This document shows positions 1 to 14,800 of a stretch of 64,000 nucleotides of DNA, piece by piece. Below the pieces are notes generated by a model. That model did no database searches and was not told the origin of the DNA. It was given only the letters and a program-made list of their open reading frames with translations. Every line of letters begins with the position of its first letter. Position 1 is the stretch's first letter. The DNA comes from Balanoglossus misakiensis (lineage: Eukaryota; Animalia; Hemichordata): positions 638,859-702,858 of the forward strand of contig CM082597.2 in assembly GCA_040954595.2 (NCBI GenBank), given 5' to 3'. The position numbers and the translations under genes were made by a program.

Positions 1-3000
1 TTCGCGAAGTTCGAAAAATTGACATTTCTGGATGATTTTCATGAGCTATAACCCATGGTTTTCGTCGAAAAACCACCAAATTTTGAAATTTCGCGAAGTC
101 GAAAAATTGACATTTCTGGATGATTTTCATGAGCTAAACCCATGGTTTTTGTCGAAAGACCACCAAATTTTGAAATTTCGCGAAGTCGAAAATTGACATT
201 TCTGGATGATTTTCATGAGCTATAACCCATGTTTTTGTCGAAAAACCACCAAATTTTGGAAATTTCGCGAAGTCGAAAAATTGACATTTCTGGATGATTT
301 TCATGAGCTATAACCCATGGTTTTGTCGAAAAACCACCAAAAATTGAAATTCGCGAAGTCGAAAAATTGACATTTCCTGGATGATTTTCATGAGCTATAA
401 CCATGGTTTTTGTCGAAAAACCACCAAATTTTGAAATTTCGCGAAGTCGAAAAATTGACATTCTGGATGATTTTCATGAGCTATTAACCCATGGTTTTTG
501 TCGAAAACACCAAAATTTTGAAATTTCGCGAAGTCGAAAAAATGGACATTTCTGGATGATTTTCATTGAGCTATAACCCATGGTTTTTGTCGAACAACCA
601 CCAAATTTTGAAATTTCGCGAAGTCGAAAAATTGACATTTCTGGATGATTTTCATGAGCTATAACCCATGGTTTTTGTCGAAAAACCACCAAATTTTGAA
701 ATTTCGCGAAGTCGAAAATTGACATTTCTGGATGATTTCCATGAGCTATAACCCATGGTTTTATGTCGAAAAACCACCAAATTTTTGAAATTTCGCGAAG
801 TCGAAAATTGACATTTCTGGGATGATTTTCATGAGCTATAACCCATGGTTTTGTCCGAAAAACCACCAAATTTTGAAATTTCAAGTCGAAAAATTGCATT
901 CTGCTATAAACCATGTTTTTGTGAAAAAACCACCAAATTTTGAAATTTCGCGAAGTCGAAAAATTGACATTTCTGGATGATTTCATGAGCTATAACCCAT
1001 GGTTTTTGTGAAAACCACCAAATTTGAAATTTCGCGAAGTCGAAAAATTGACATTCTGGATGATTTCATGAGCTATAACCCATGGTTTTTGTCGAAAAAC
1101 CACCAAATTTTGAAATTTCGCGAAGTCGAAAAATTGACATTTCTGGATGATTTTCATGAGCTATAACCCATGGTTTTTGTCGAAAAACCACCAAATTTTG
1201 AAATTTCGCGAAGTCGAAAAATTGACATTTCTGGATGATTTTTCATGAGCTATAACCCATGGTTTTTGTCGAAAAACCACAAATTTTGAAATTTCGCGAA
1301 GTCGAAAAATTGACATTTCTGGATGATTTTCTGAGCTATAACCCATGGTTTTTGTCGAAAACCACCAAATTTTGAAATTTCGGCGAAGTCGAAAAAATTG
1401 ACATTTCTGGATGATTTTCATGAGCTATAACCCATGGTTTTGTCGAAAAACCACCAAATTTTGAAATTTCGCGAAGTCGAAAATTGACATTCTGGATGAT
1501 TTTCATGAGCTATAACCCATGGTTTTTGTCGAAAAACCACCAAATTTTGAAATTTCGCGAAGTCGAAAAATTGACATTTCTGGATGATTTTCATGAGCTA
1601 TAACCCATGGTTTTTGTCGAAAAACCACCAAATTTTGAAATTTCGCGAAGTCGAAAAAATTGACATTTCTGGATGATTTTCATGAGCTATAACCCATGGT
1701 TTTTGTCGAAAACCACAAATTTTGAAATTCGCGAAGTCGAAAAATTGGACATTTCTGGATGATTTTCATGAGCTATACCCATGGTTTTTGTCGAAAAACC
1801 ACCAAATTTTGAAATTTCGCGAAGTCGAAAATTGACATTTCTGGATGATTTTATGAGCTATAACCCATGGTTTTTGTCGAAAAACCACCAAATTTTGAAA
1901 TTTCGCGAAGTCGAAAATTGACATTTCTGGAAGATTTTCATGAGCTATAACCCATGGTTTTTGTCGAAAAACCACCAAATTTTTGAAATTTCGCGAAGTC
2001 GAAAATTGACATTTCTGGATGATTTTCATGAGCTATAACCCATGGTTTTTGTCGAAAAACCACCAAATTTTGAAATTTCGCGAAGTCGAAAAATTGACAT
2101 TTCTGGATGATTTTCATGAGCTATAACCCATGGTTTTTGTCGAAAAACCACCAAATTTTGAAATTTCGCGAAGTCGAAAAATTGACATTTCTGGATGATT
2201 TTCATGAGCTATAACCATGGTTTTTGTCGAAAAACCACCAAATTTTTGAAATTTCGCGAAGTCGAAAAATTGACATTTCTGGATGATTTTCATGAGCTAT
2301 AACCCATGGTTTTTGTCGCAAAACCACCAAATTTTGAAATTTCGCGAAGTCGAAAAATTGACATTTCTGGATGATTTTCATGAGCTATAACCCATGGTTT
2401 TTGTCGAAAAACCACCAAATTTTGAAATTTCGCGAAGTCGAAAAATTGACATTTCTGGATGATTTTCATGAGCTATAACCCATGGTTTTTGTCGAAAAAC
2501 CACCAAATTTGAAATTTCGCGAAGTCGAAAAATTGACATTTCTGGATGATTTTCATGAGCTATAACCCATGGTTTTTGTCGAAAAACCACCAAATTTTGA
2601 AATTTCGCGAAGTCGAAAAATTGACATTTCTGGATGATTTTCATGAGCTATAACCCATGGTTTTTGTCGAAAAACCACCAAATTTTGAAATTTCGCGAAG
2701 TCGAAAAATTGACATTTCTGGATGATTTTCATGAGCTATAAACCCATGGTTTTTGTCGAAAAACCACCAAATTTTGAAATTTCGCGAAGTCGAAAAATTG
2801 ACATTTCTGGATGATTTTCATGAGCTATAACCCATGGTTTTTGTCGAAAAACCACCAAATTTTGAAATTTCGCGAAGTCGAAAAATTGACATTTCTGGAT
2901 GATTTTCATGAGCTATAACCCATGGTTTTTGTAGAAAAACCACCAAATTTGAAATTTCGCGAAGTCGAAAATTGACATTTTCTGGAAGATTTTCATGAGC

Positions 3001-6000
3001 TATAACCCATGGTTTTTGTCGAAAAACCACCAAATTTTGAAATTTCGCGAAGTCGAAAAATTGACATTTCTGGATGATTTTCATGAGCTATAACCCATGG
3101 TTTTTGTCGAAAACCACCAAATTTTGAAATTTCGCGAAGTCGAAAAATTGACATTTCTGATGATTTTCATGAGCTATAACCCATGGTTTTTGTCGAAAAA
3201 CCACCAAATTTTGAAATTTCGCGAAGTCGAAAAATTGACATTTCTGGATGATTTTCATGAGCTATAACCCATGGTTTTTGTCGAAAAACCACCAAATTTT
3301 GAAATTTCGCGAAGTCGAAAAATTGACATTTCTGGATGATTTTCATGAGCTATAACCCATGGTTTTTGTCGAAAAACCACCAAATTTTGAAATTTCGCGA
3401 AGTCGAAAAATTGACATTTCTGGATGATTTTCATGAGCTATAACCCATGGTTTTGTCGAAAAACCACCAAATTTTGAAATTTCGCGAAGTCGAAAAATTG
3501 ACATTTCTGGATGATTTTCATGAGCTATAACCCATGGTTTTTGTCGAAAAACCACCAAATTTTGAATTTCGCGAAGTCGAAAAATTGACATTTCTGGATG
3601 ATTTTCATGAGCTATAACCCATGGTTTTTGTCGAAAAACCACCAATTTTGAAATTTCGCGAAGTCGAAAAATTTGACATTTCTGGATGATTTTCATGAGC
3701 TATAACCCATGGTTTTTGTCGAAAACCACCAAATTTTGAAATTTCGCGAAGTCGAAAAATTGACATTTCTGGATGATTTTCATGAGCTATAACCCATGGT
3801 TTTTGTCGAAAAACCACCAAATTTTGAAATTTCGCGAAGTCGAAAAATTGACATTTCTGGGATGATTTTCATGAGCTATAACCCATGGTTTTGTCGAAAA
3901 CAACTAAATTTTGAAATTTCGCGAAGTCGAAAAATTGACATTTCTGGATGATTTTCATGAGCTATAAACCATGGTTTTTGTCGAAAAACCACCAAATTTT
4001 GAAATTTCGCGAAGTCGAAAAATTGACATTTCTGGATGATTTTCATGAGCTATAACCCATGGTTTTTGTCGAAAAACCACCAATTTTGAAATTTCGCGAA
4101 GTCGAAAAATTGACATTTCTGGATGATTTTCATGAGCTATAACCCATGGTTTTTGTCGAAAAACCACCAAATTTTGAAATTTCGCGAAGTCGAAAAATTG
4201 ACATTTCTGGATGATTTTCATGAGCTATAACCCATGGTTTTTGTCGAAAAACCACCAAATTTTGAAATTTCGCGAAGTCGAAAAATTGACATTTCTGGAT
4301 GATTTTCATGAGCTATAACCCATGGTTTTTGTCGAAAAACCACCAAATTTTGAATTTCGCGAAGTCGAAAAATTGACATTTCTGGATGATTTTCATGAGC
4401 TATAACCCATGGTTTTTGTCGAAAAACCACCAAATTTTGAAATTTCGCGAAGTCGAAAAATTGACATTTCTGGATGATTTTCATGAGCTATAACCAATGG
4501 TTTTTGTCGAAAAACCACCAAATTTTGAAATTTCGCGAAGTCGAAAAATTGACATTTCTGGAAGATTTTCATGAGCTATAACCCATGGTTTTTGTCGAAA
4601 AACCACCAAATTTTGAAATTTCGCGAAGTCGAAAAATTGACATTTCTGGATGATTTTCATGAGCTATAACCCATGGTTTTTGTCGAAAAACCACAAATTT
4701 TGAATTTCGCGAAGTCGAAAAATTGACATTTCTGGATGATTTTCATGAGCTATAACCCATGGTTTTTGTCGAAAAACCACCAAATTTTGAAATTTCGCGA
4801 AGTCGAAAAATTGACATTTCTGGATGATTTTCATGAGCTATAACCCATGGTTTTTGTCGAAAAACCACCAAATTTTGAAATTTCGCGAAGTCGAAAATTG
4901 ACATTTCTGGATGATTTTCATGAGCTATAACCCATGGTTTTTGTCGAAAACCACCAAATTTTGAAATTTCGCGAAGTCGAAAAATTGACATTTCTGGATG
5001 ATTTTCATGAGCTATAACCCATGGTTTTTGTCGAAAACCACCAAATTTTGAAATTTCGCGAAGTCGAAAAATTGACATTTCTGGATGATTTTCATGAGCT
5101 ATAAACCATGGTTTTTGTCGAAAAACCACCAAATTTTGAAATTTCGCGAAGTCGAAAAATTGACATTTCTGGATGATTTTCATGAGCTATAACCCATGGT
5201 TTTTGTCGAAAAACCACCAAATTTTGAAATTTCGCGAAGTCGAAAAATTGACATTTCTGGATGATTTTCATGAGCTATAACCCAGGTTTTTGTCGAAAAA
5301 CCACCAAATTTTGAAAATTTCGCGAAGTCGAAAAAATTGACATTTCTGGATGATTTTCATGAGCTATAACCCATGGTTTTTGTCGAAAAACCACCAAATT
5401 TTGAAATTTCGCGAAGTCGAAAAATTGACATTTCTGGATGATTTCATGAGCTATAACCCATGGTTTTTGTCGAAAAACCACTAAATTTTGAAATTTCGCG
5501 AAGTCGAAAATTGACATTTCTGGATGATTTTCATGAGCTATAACCCATGGTTTTTGTCGAAAAACCACCAAATTTTGAAATTTCGCGAAGTCGAAAAATT
5601 GACATTTCTGGATGATTTTCATGAGCTATAACCCATGGTTTTTGTCGAAAAACCACCAAATTTTGAAATTTCGCGAAGTCGAAAAATTGACATTTCTGGA
5701 TGATTTTCATGAGCTATAACCCATGGTTTTTGTCGAAAAACCACCAATTTTGAAATTTCGCGAAGTCGAAAAATTGACATTTCTGGATGATTTTCATGAG
5801 CTATAACCCATGGTTTTTGTCGAAAAACCACCAAATTTTGAAATTTCGCGAAGTCGAAAAATTGACATTTCTGGATGATTTTCATGAGCTATAACCCATG
5901 GGTTTTTGTTCGAAAACCACCAAATTTTGAAATTTCGCGAAGTCGAAAAATTGACATTTCTGGATGATTTTCATGAGCTATAACCATGGTTTTTGTCGAA

Positions 6001-9000
6001 AACCACAAATTTTGAAATTTCGCGAAGTCGAAAAATTGACATTTCTGGATGATTTTCATGAGCTATAACCCATGGTTTTTGTCGAAAACCACTAAATTTT
6101 GAAATTTCGCGAAGTCGAAAAATTGACATTTCTGGATGATTTTCATGAGCTATAACCCATGGTTTTTGTCGAAAAACCACCAAATTTTGAAATTTCGCGA
6201 AGTCGAAAAATTGACATTTCTGGATGATTTTTCATGAGCTATAACCCATGGTTTTTGTCGAAAAACCACCAAATTTTGAAATTTCGCGAAGTCGAAAAAT
6301 TGACATTTCTGGATGATTTTCATGAGCTATAACCCATGGTTTTTGTCGAAAAACCACCAAATTTTGAAATTTCGCGAAGTCGAAAAATTGACATTTCTGG
6401 ATGATTTTCATGAGCTATAACCCATGGTTTTTGTCGAAAAACCACCAAATTTTGAAATTTCGCGAAGTCGAAAAATTGACATTTCTGGATGATTTTCATG
6501 AGCTATAACCCATGGTTTTTGTCGAAAAACCACCAAATTTTGAAATTCGCGAAGTCGAAAAAATTGACATTTCTGGATGATTTTCATGAGCTATAACCCA
6601 TGGTTTTTGTCGAAAAACCACCAAATTTTGAAATTTCGCGAAGTCGAAAAATTGACATTTCTGGATGATTTTCATGAGCTATAACCCATGGTTTTTGTCG
6701 AAAAACCACCTAATTTTGAAATTTCGCGAAGTCGAAAAATTGACATTTCTGGATGATTTTCATGAGCTATAACCCATGGTTTTTGTCGAAAACCACCAAA
6801 TTTTGAAATTCGCGAAGTCGAAAAATTGACATTTCTGGATGATTTTCATGAGCTATAACCCATGGTTTTTGTCGAAAAACCACCAAATTTTGAAATTTCG
6901 CGAAAGTCGAAAAATGACATTTCTGGATGAATTTTCATGAGCTATAACCCATGGTTTTTGTCGAAAAACCACCAATTTTGAAATTTCGCGAAGTCGAAAA
7001 ATTGACATTTCTGGATGATTTTCATGAGCTATAACCCATGGTTTTTGTCGAAAAACACCAATAAATTTCGCGACAGGTTTTGTCGAAAAACCACCAAATT
7101 TTGAAATTGGCGAAGTCGAAAAATTGACATTTCTGGATGATTTTTCATGAGCTATAACCCATGGTTTTTGTCGAAAAACCACCAAATTTTGAAATTTCGC
7201 GAAGTCGAAAATTGACATTTCTGGATGATTTTCATGAGCTATAACCCATGGTTTTTGTCGAAAAACCACCAAATTTTGAAATTTCGCGAAGTCGAAAAAT
7301 TGACATTTCTGGATGATTTTCATGAGCTATAACCCATGGTTTTTGTCGAAAAACCACCAAATTTTGAAATTTCGCGAAGTCGAAAAATTGACATTTCTGG
7401 ATGATTTTCATGAGCTATAACCCATGTTTTTGTCGAAAAACCACCAAATTTTGAAATTTCGCGAAGTCGAAAAATTGACATTTCTGGATGATTTTCATGA
7501 GCTATAACCCATGGTTTTTGTCGAAAACCACCAAATTTTGAAATTTCGCGAAGTCGAAAAATTGACATTTCTGGATGATTTTCATGAGCTATAACCCATG
7601 GTTTTTGTCGAAAAACCACCAAATTTTGAAATTCGCGAAGTCGAAAAATTGACATTTCTGGATGATTTTCATGAGCTATAACCCCATGGTTTTTGTCGAA
7701 AAACCACCAAATTTTGAATTTCGCGAAGTCGAAAAATTGACATTTCTGGATGATTTTCATGAGCTATAACCCATGGTTTTTGTCGAAAAACCACCAAATT
7801 TTGAAATTTCGCGAAGTCGAAAAATTGACATTTCTGGATGATTTTCATGAGCTATAACCCATGGTTTTTGTCGAAAAACCACCAAATTTTGAAATTTCGC
7901 GAAGTCGAAAATTGACATTTCTGGATGATTTTCATGAGCTATAACCCATGGTTTTTGTCGAAAAACCACCAAATTTTGAAATTTCGCGAAGTCGAAAAAT
8001 TGACATTTCTGGATGATTTTCATGAGCTATAACCCATGGTTTTTGTCGAAAAACCACCAATTTTGAAATTTCGCGAAGTCGAAAAATTGACATTTCTGGA
8101 TGATTTTCATGAGCTATAACCCATGGTTTTTGTCGAAAAACCACCAAATTTTGAAATTCGCGAAGTCGAAAAATTGACATTTCTGGATGATTTTCATGAG
8201 CTATAACCCATGGTTTTTGTCGAAAAACCACCAAATTTTGAAATTTCGCGAAGTCGAAAAATTGACATTTCTGGATGATTTTCATGAGCTATAACCCATG
8301 GTTTTTGTCGAAAAACCACCAAATTTTGAAATTTCGCGAAGTCGAAAAATTGACATTTCTGGATGATTTTCATGAGCTATAACCCATGGTTTTTGTCGAA
8401 AAACCACCAAATTTTGAAATTTCGCGAAGTCGAAAAATTGACATTTCTGGATGATTTTCATGAGCTATAACCCATGGTTTTTGTCGAAAAACCACCAAAT
8501 TTTGAAATTTCGCGAAGTCGAAAAATTGACATTTCTGGATGATTTTCATGAGCTATAACCCATGGTTTTTGTCGAAAAACCACCAAATTTTGAAATTTCG
8601 CGAAGTCGAAAAATTGACATTTCTGGATGATTTTCATGAGCTATAACCCATGGTTTTTGTCGGAAAAACCACCAAATTTTGAAATTTCGCGAAGTCGAAA
8701 AATTGACATTTCTGGATGATTTTCATGAGCTATAACCCATGGTTTTTGTCGAAAAACCACCAAATTTTGAAATTTCGCGAAGTCGAAAAATTGACATTTC
8801 TGGATGATTTTCCATGAGCTATAACCCATGGTTTTGTCGAAAAACCACCAAATTTTGAAATTTCGCGAAGTCGAAAATTGACATTTCTGGATGATTTTTC
8901 ATGAGCTATAACCCATGGTTTTTGTCGAAAAACCACCAATTTTGAAATTTCGCGAAGTCGAAAATTGACATTTCTGGATGATTTTCATGAGCTATAACCC

Positions 9001-11820
9001 ATGGTTTTTGTCGAAAAACCACCAAATTTTGAAATTTCGCGAAGTCGAAAAAATTGACATTTCTGGATGATTTTCATGAGCTATAACCCATGGTTTTTGT
9101 CGAAAAACCACCAAATTTTGAAATTTCGCGAAGTCGAAAAATTGACATTTCTGGATGATTTTCATGAGCTATAACCCATGGTTTTTGTCGAAAAACCACC
9201 AAATTTTGAAATTTCGCGAAGTCGAAAAATTGACATTTCTGGATGATTTTCATGAGCTATAACCCATGGTTTTTGTCGAAAAACCACCAAATTTTGAAAT
9301 TTCGCGAAGTCGAAAAATTGACATTTCTGGATGATTTTCATGAGCTATAACCCATGGTTTTGTCGAAAAACCACCAAATTTTGAAATTTCGCGAAGTCGA
9401 AAAATTGACATTTCTGGATGATTTTCATGAGCTATAACCCATGGTTTTTGTCGAAAAACCACCAAATTTTGAAATTTCGCGAAGTCGAAAAATTGACATT
9501 TCTGGATGATTTTCATGAGCTATAACCCATGGTTTTTGTCGAAAAACCACCAAATTTTGAAATTTCGCGAAGTCGAAAAATTGACATTTCTGGATGATTT
9601 TCATGAGCTATAACCCATGGTTTTTGTCGAAAAACCACCAAATTTTGAAATTTCGCGAAGTCGAAAAATTGACATTTCTGGATGATTTTCATGAGCTATA
9701 ACCCATGGTTTTTGTCGAAAAACCACCAAATTTTGAAATTTCGCGAAGTCGAAAAATTGACATTTCTGGATGATTTTCATGAGCTATAACCCATGGTTTT
9801 TGTCGAAAAACCACCAAATTTTGAAATTTCGCGAAGTCGAAAAATTGACATTTCTGGATGATTTTCATGAGCTATAACCCATGGTTTTTGTCGAAAAACC
9901 ACCAAATTTTGAAATTTCGCGAAGTCGAAAAATTGACATTTCTGGATGATTTTCATGAGCTATAACCCATGGTTTTTGTCGAAAAACCACCAAATTTGAA
10001 ATTTCGCGAAGTCGAAAAATTGACATTTCTGGATGATTTTCATGAGCTATAACCCATGGTTTTTGTCGAAAAACCACCAAATTTTGAAATTTAGCGAAGT
10101 CGAAAAATTGACATTTCTGGATGATTTTCATGAGCTATAACCATGGTTTTTGTCGAAAAACCACCAAATTTTGAAATTTCGCGAAGTCGAAAAATTGACA
10201 TTTCTGGATGATTTTCATGAGCTATAACCCATGGTTTTTGTCGAAAAACCACCAAATTTTGAAATTTCGCGAAGTCGAAAAATTGACATTTCTGGATGAT
10301 TTTCATGAGCTATAACCCATGGTTTTTGTCGAAAAACCACAAATTTTGAAATTTCGCGAAGTCGAAAATTGACATTTCTGGATGATTTTCATGAGCTATA
10401 ACCCATGGTTTTTGTCGAAAAACCACCAAATTTTGAAATTTCGCGAAGTCGAAAAATTGACATTTCTGGATGATTTTCATGAGCTATAACCCATGTTTTT
10501 GTCGAAAAACCACCAAATTTTGAAATTTCGCGAAGTCGAAAAATTGACATTTCTGGATGATTTTCATGAGCTATAACCCATGGTTTTTGTCGAAAAACCA
10601 CCAAATTTTGAAATTTCGCGAAGTCGAAAAATTGACATTTCTGGATGATTTCATGAGCTATAACCCATGGTTTTTGTCGAAAAACCACCAAATTTTGAAA
10701 TTTCGCGAAGTCGAAAAATTGACATTTCTGGATGATTTTCATGAGCTATAACCCATGGTTTTTGTCGAAAAACCACCAAATTTTGAAATTTCGCGAAGTC
10801 GAAAAATTGACATTTCTGGATGATTTTCATGAGCTATAACCCATGGTTTTTGTCGAAAAACCACCAAATTTTGAAATTTCGCGAAGTCGAAAAATTGACA
10901 TTTCTGGATGATTTTCATGAGCTATAACCCATGGTTTTTGTCGAAAAACCACCAAATTTTGAAATTTCGCGAAGTCGAAAAATTGACATTTCTGGATGAT
11001 TTTCATGAGCTATAACCATGGTTTTTGTCGAAAAACCACCAAATTTTGAAATTCGCGAAGTCCGAAAAATTGACATTTCTGGATGATTTTCTGAGCTATA
11101 ACCCATGGTTTTTGTCGAAAAACCACCAAATTTTGAAATTTCGCGAAGTCGAAAATTGACATTTCTGGATGATTTTCATGAGCTATAACCCATGGTTTTT
11201 GTCGAAAAACCACAAATTTGAAATTTCGCGAAGTCGAAAAATTGACATTTCTGGACGATTTTCATGAGCTATAACCCATGGTTTTGTCGGAAAAACCACC
11301 AAATTTTGAAATTTCGCGAAGTCGAAAAATTGACATTTCGGATGATTTTCATGAGCTATAACCCATGGTTTTTGTCGAAAAACCACCAAATTTTGAAATT
11401 TCGCGAAGTCGAAAAATTGACATTTCTGGATGATTTTCATGAGCTATAACCCATGGTTTTTGTCGAAAAACCACCAATTTTGAAATTTCGCGAAGTCGAA
11501 AAATTGACATTTCTGGATGATTTTCATGAGCTATAACCCATGTTTTTGTCGAAAAACCACCAATTTTGAAATTTCGCGAAGTCGAAAAATTGACATTTCT
11601 GGATGATTTTCATGAGCTATAACCCATGGTTTTTGTCGAAAAACCACCAAATTTTGAAATTTCGCGAAGTCGAAAAATTGACATTTCTGGATGATTTTCA
11701 TGAGCTATAACCCATGGTTTTTGTCGAAAAACCACCAAATTTTGAAATTTCGCGAAGTCGAAAATTGACATTTCTGGATGATTTTCATGAGCTATAACCA
11801 ATGTTTTTGTCGAAAAACCA
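1..11820. repeat. Tandem satellite, 88-bp monomer type A (~134 copies)
   Basis: Consensus CATGGTTTTTGTCGAAAAACCACCAAATTTTGAAATTTCGCGAAGTCGAAAAATTGACATTTCTGGATGATTTTCATGAGCTATAACC repeats head-to-tail from the first base. Variation is mostly 1-bp indels in homopolymers. Copy number is length/88. Confidence 0.98.
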
Positions 11821-14800
11821 CGAATCTTCGGACTTGCCTAATTTCGAGATTTTCGGCCGTTTTGAACATTTTTCATGGGTTAACCATCATGGTTTTTGTC
11901 GAAAAACCACGAATTTTCGAGTTGCCGAATTTCGAGATTTTCGGCCGTTTTGAAAATTTTTCATGGGTTAACCATCATGGTTTTTGTCGAAAAACCACGA
12001 ATTTTCGACTTGCCGAATTTCGAGATTTTCGGCCTTTTTGAACATTTTTTATGGGTTAACCATCATGGTTTTTGTCGAAAAACCGCGAATTTTCAACTTG
12101 CCGAATTTCGAGATTTTCGGCCGATTTGAACATTTTTCATGGGTTAACCATCATGGTTTTTGTCGAAAAACCGCGAATTTTCAACTTGCCGAATTTCGAG
12201 ATTTTCGGCCTTTTTGAACATTTTTCATGGGTTAACCATCATGGTTTTTGTCGGAAAAACCACGAATTTTTCGACTTGCCGAATTTCGAGATTTCGGCCT
12301 TTTTGAACATTTTTCATGGTTAACCATCATGGTTTTTGTCGAAAAACCACGAATTTCGACTTGCCGAATTTCGAGATTTTCGCCTTTTTGAACATTTTCA
12401 TGGGTTAACCATCATGGTTTTTGTCGGAAAACCACGAATTTTCGACTTGCCGAATTTCGAGATTTTCGGCCTTTTTGACATTTTTCATGGGTTAACCATC
12501 ATGGTTTTGTTGAAAAACCACGAATTTTCGACTTGCCGAATTTCGAGATTTTCGGCCGATTTGAACATTTTTCATGGGTTAACCATCATGGTTTTTGTCG
12601 AAAAACCACGAATTTTCGACTTGCCCAATTTCGAGATTTTCGGCCTTTTTGAACATTTTTCATGGTTTAACCATCATGGTTTTTGTCGAAAAACCACGAA
12701 TTTTCGACTTGCCGTTTTTCGAGATTTTCGGCCGATTTGAACATTTTTCATGGGTTAACCATCATGGTTTTGTCGAAAAACCACGAATTTTCGAGTTGCC
12801 GAATTTCGAGATTTTCGGCCTTTTTGAACATTTTTCATGGGTTAACCATCATGGTTTTTGTCGAAAAACCACGAATTTTCGACTTGCCGAATTTCGAGAT
12901 TTTCGGCCTTTTTGAACATTTTTCATGGGTTAACCATCATGGTTTTTGTCGAAAAACCACGAATTTTCGACTTGCCGAATTTCGAGATTTTCGGCCGATT
13001 TGAACATTTTTCATGGGTTAACCATCATGGTTTTTGTCGAAAAACCACGAATTTTCGACTTGCCGAATTTCGAGATTTTCGGCCTTTTTGAACATTTTTC
13101 ATGGGTTAACCATCATGGTTTTTGTCTAAAAACCACGAATTTTCGAGTTGCCGAATTTCGAGATTTTCGGCCGATTTGAACATTTTTCATGGGTTAACCA
13201 TCATGGTTTTTGTCGAAAAACCGCGAATTTTCGAGTTGCCGAATTTCGAGATTTTCGGCCGATTTGAACATTTTTCATGGGTTAACCATCATGGTTTTTG
13301 TCGAAAAACCGCGAATTTTCGAGTTGCCGAATTTCGAGATTTTCGGCCGATTTGAACATTTTTCATGGGTTAACCATCATGGTTTTTGTCGAAAAACCGC
13401 GAATTTTCGAGTTGCCGAATTTCGAGATTTTGAACATTTTTCATGGGTTAACCATCATGGTTTTTGTCGAAAAACCACGAATTTTCGACTTGCCGAATTT
13501 CGAGATTTTCGGCCTTTTTGAACATTTTTCATGGGTTAACCATCATGGTTTTTGTTGAAAAACCACGAATTTTCGACTTGCCGAATTTCGAGATTTTCGG
13601 CCGATTTGAACATTTTTCATGGGTTAACCATCATGGTTTTTGTCGAAAAACCGCGAATTTTCGAGTTGCCGAATTTCGAGATTTTCGGCCGATTTGAACA
13701 TTTTTCATGGGTTAACCATCATGGTTTTCGTCGAAAAACCGCGAATTTTCGAGTTGCCGAATTTCGAGATTTTCGGCCGATTTGAACATTTTTCATGGGT
13801 TAACCATCATGGTTTTCGTCGAAAAACCGCGAATTTTCGAGTTGCCGAATTTCGAGATTTTCGGCCGATTTGAACATTTTTCATGGGTTAACCATCATGG
13901 TTTTTGTCGAAAAACCGCGAATTTTCGAGTTGCCGAATTTCGAGATTTTCGGCCGATTTGAACATTTTTCATGGGTTAACCATCATGGTTTTTGTCGAAA
14001 AACCGCGAATTTTCGAGTTGCCGAATTTCGAGATTTTCGGCCGATTTGAACATTTTTCATGGGTTAACCATCATGGTTTTTGTCGAAAAACCGCGAATTT
14101 TCGAGTTGCCGAATTTCGAGATTTTCGGCCGATTTGAACATTTTTCATGGGTTAACCATCATGGTTTTTGTCGAAAAACCGCGAATTTTCGAGTTGCCGA
14201 ATTTCGAGATTTTCGGCCGATTTGAACATTTTTCATGGGTTAACCATCATGGTTTTTGTCGAAAAACCGCGAATTTTCGAGTTGCCGAATTTCGAGATTT
14301 TCGGCCGATTTGAACATTTTTCATGGGTTAACCATCATGGTTTTTGTCGAAAAACCACGAATTTTCGACTTGCCGAATTTCGAGATTTTCGGCCGATTTG
14401 AACATTTTTCATGGGTTAACCATCATGGTTTTTGTCGAAAAACCACGAATTTTCGAGTTGCCGTTTTTCGAGATTTTCGGCCGATTTGAACATTTTTCAT
14501 GGGTTAACCATCATGGTTTTTGTCGAAAAACCACGAATTTTCGACTTGCCGAATTTCGAGATTTTCGGCCTTTTTGAACATTTTTCATGGGTTAACCATC
14601 ATGGTTTTTGTCGAAAAACCACGAATTTTCGACTTGCCGAATTTCGAGATTTTCGGCCGATTTGAACATTTTTCATGGGTTAACCATCATGGTTTTTGTC
14701 GAAAAACCGCGAATTTTCGAGTTGCCGAATTTCGAGATTTTCGGCCGATTTGAACATTTTTCATGGGTTAACCATCATGGTTTTTGTCGAAAAACCGCGA

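Noticed and set aside
1-12800. Higher divergence of block A as evidence of greater age
   Set aside because: Differences are mostly unshared 1-bp homopolymer indels, densest at the window start and continuing into early B. This looks like low-coverage long-read error. The truncated units near 880-920 and 7050-7080 may be errors too.
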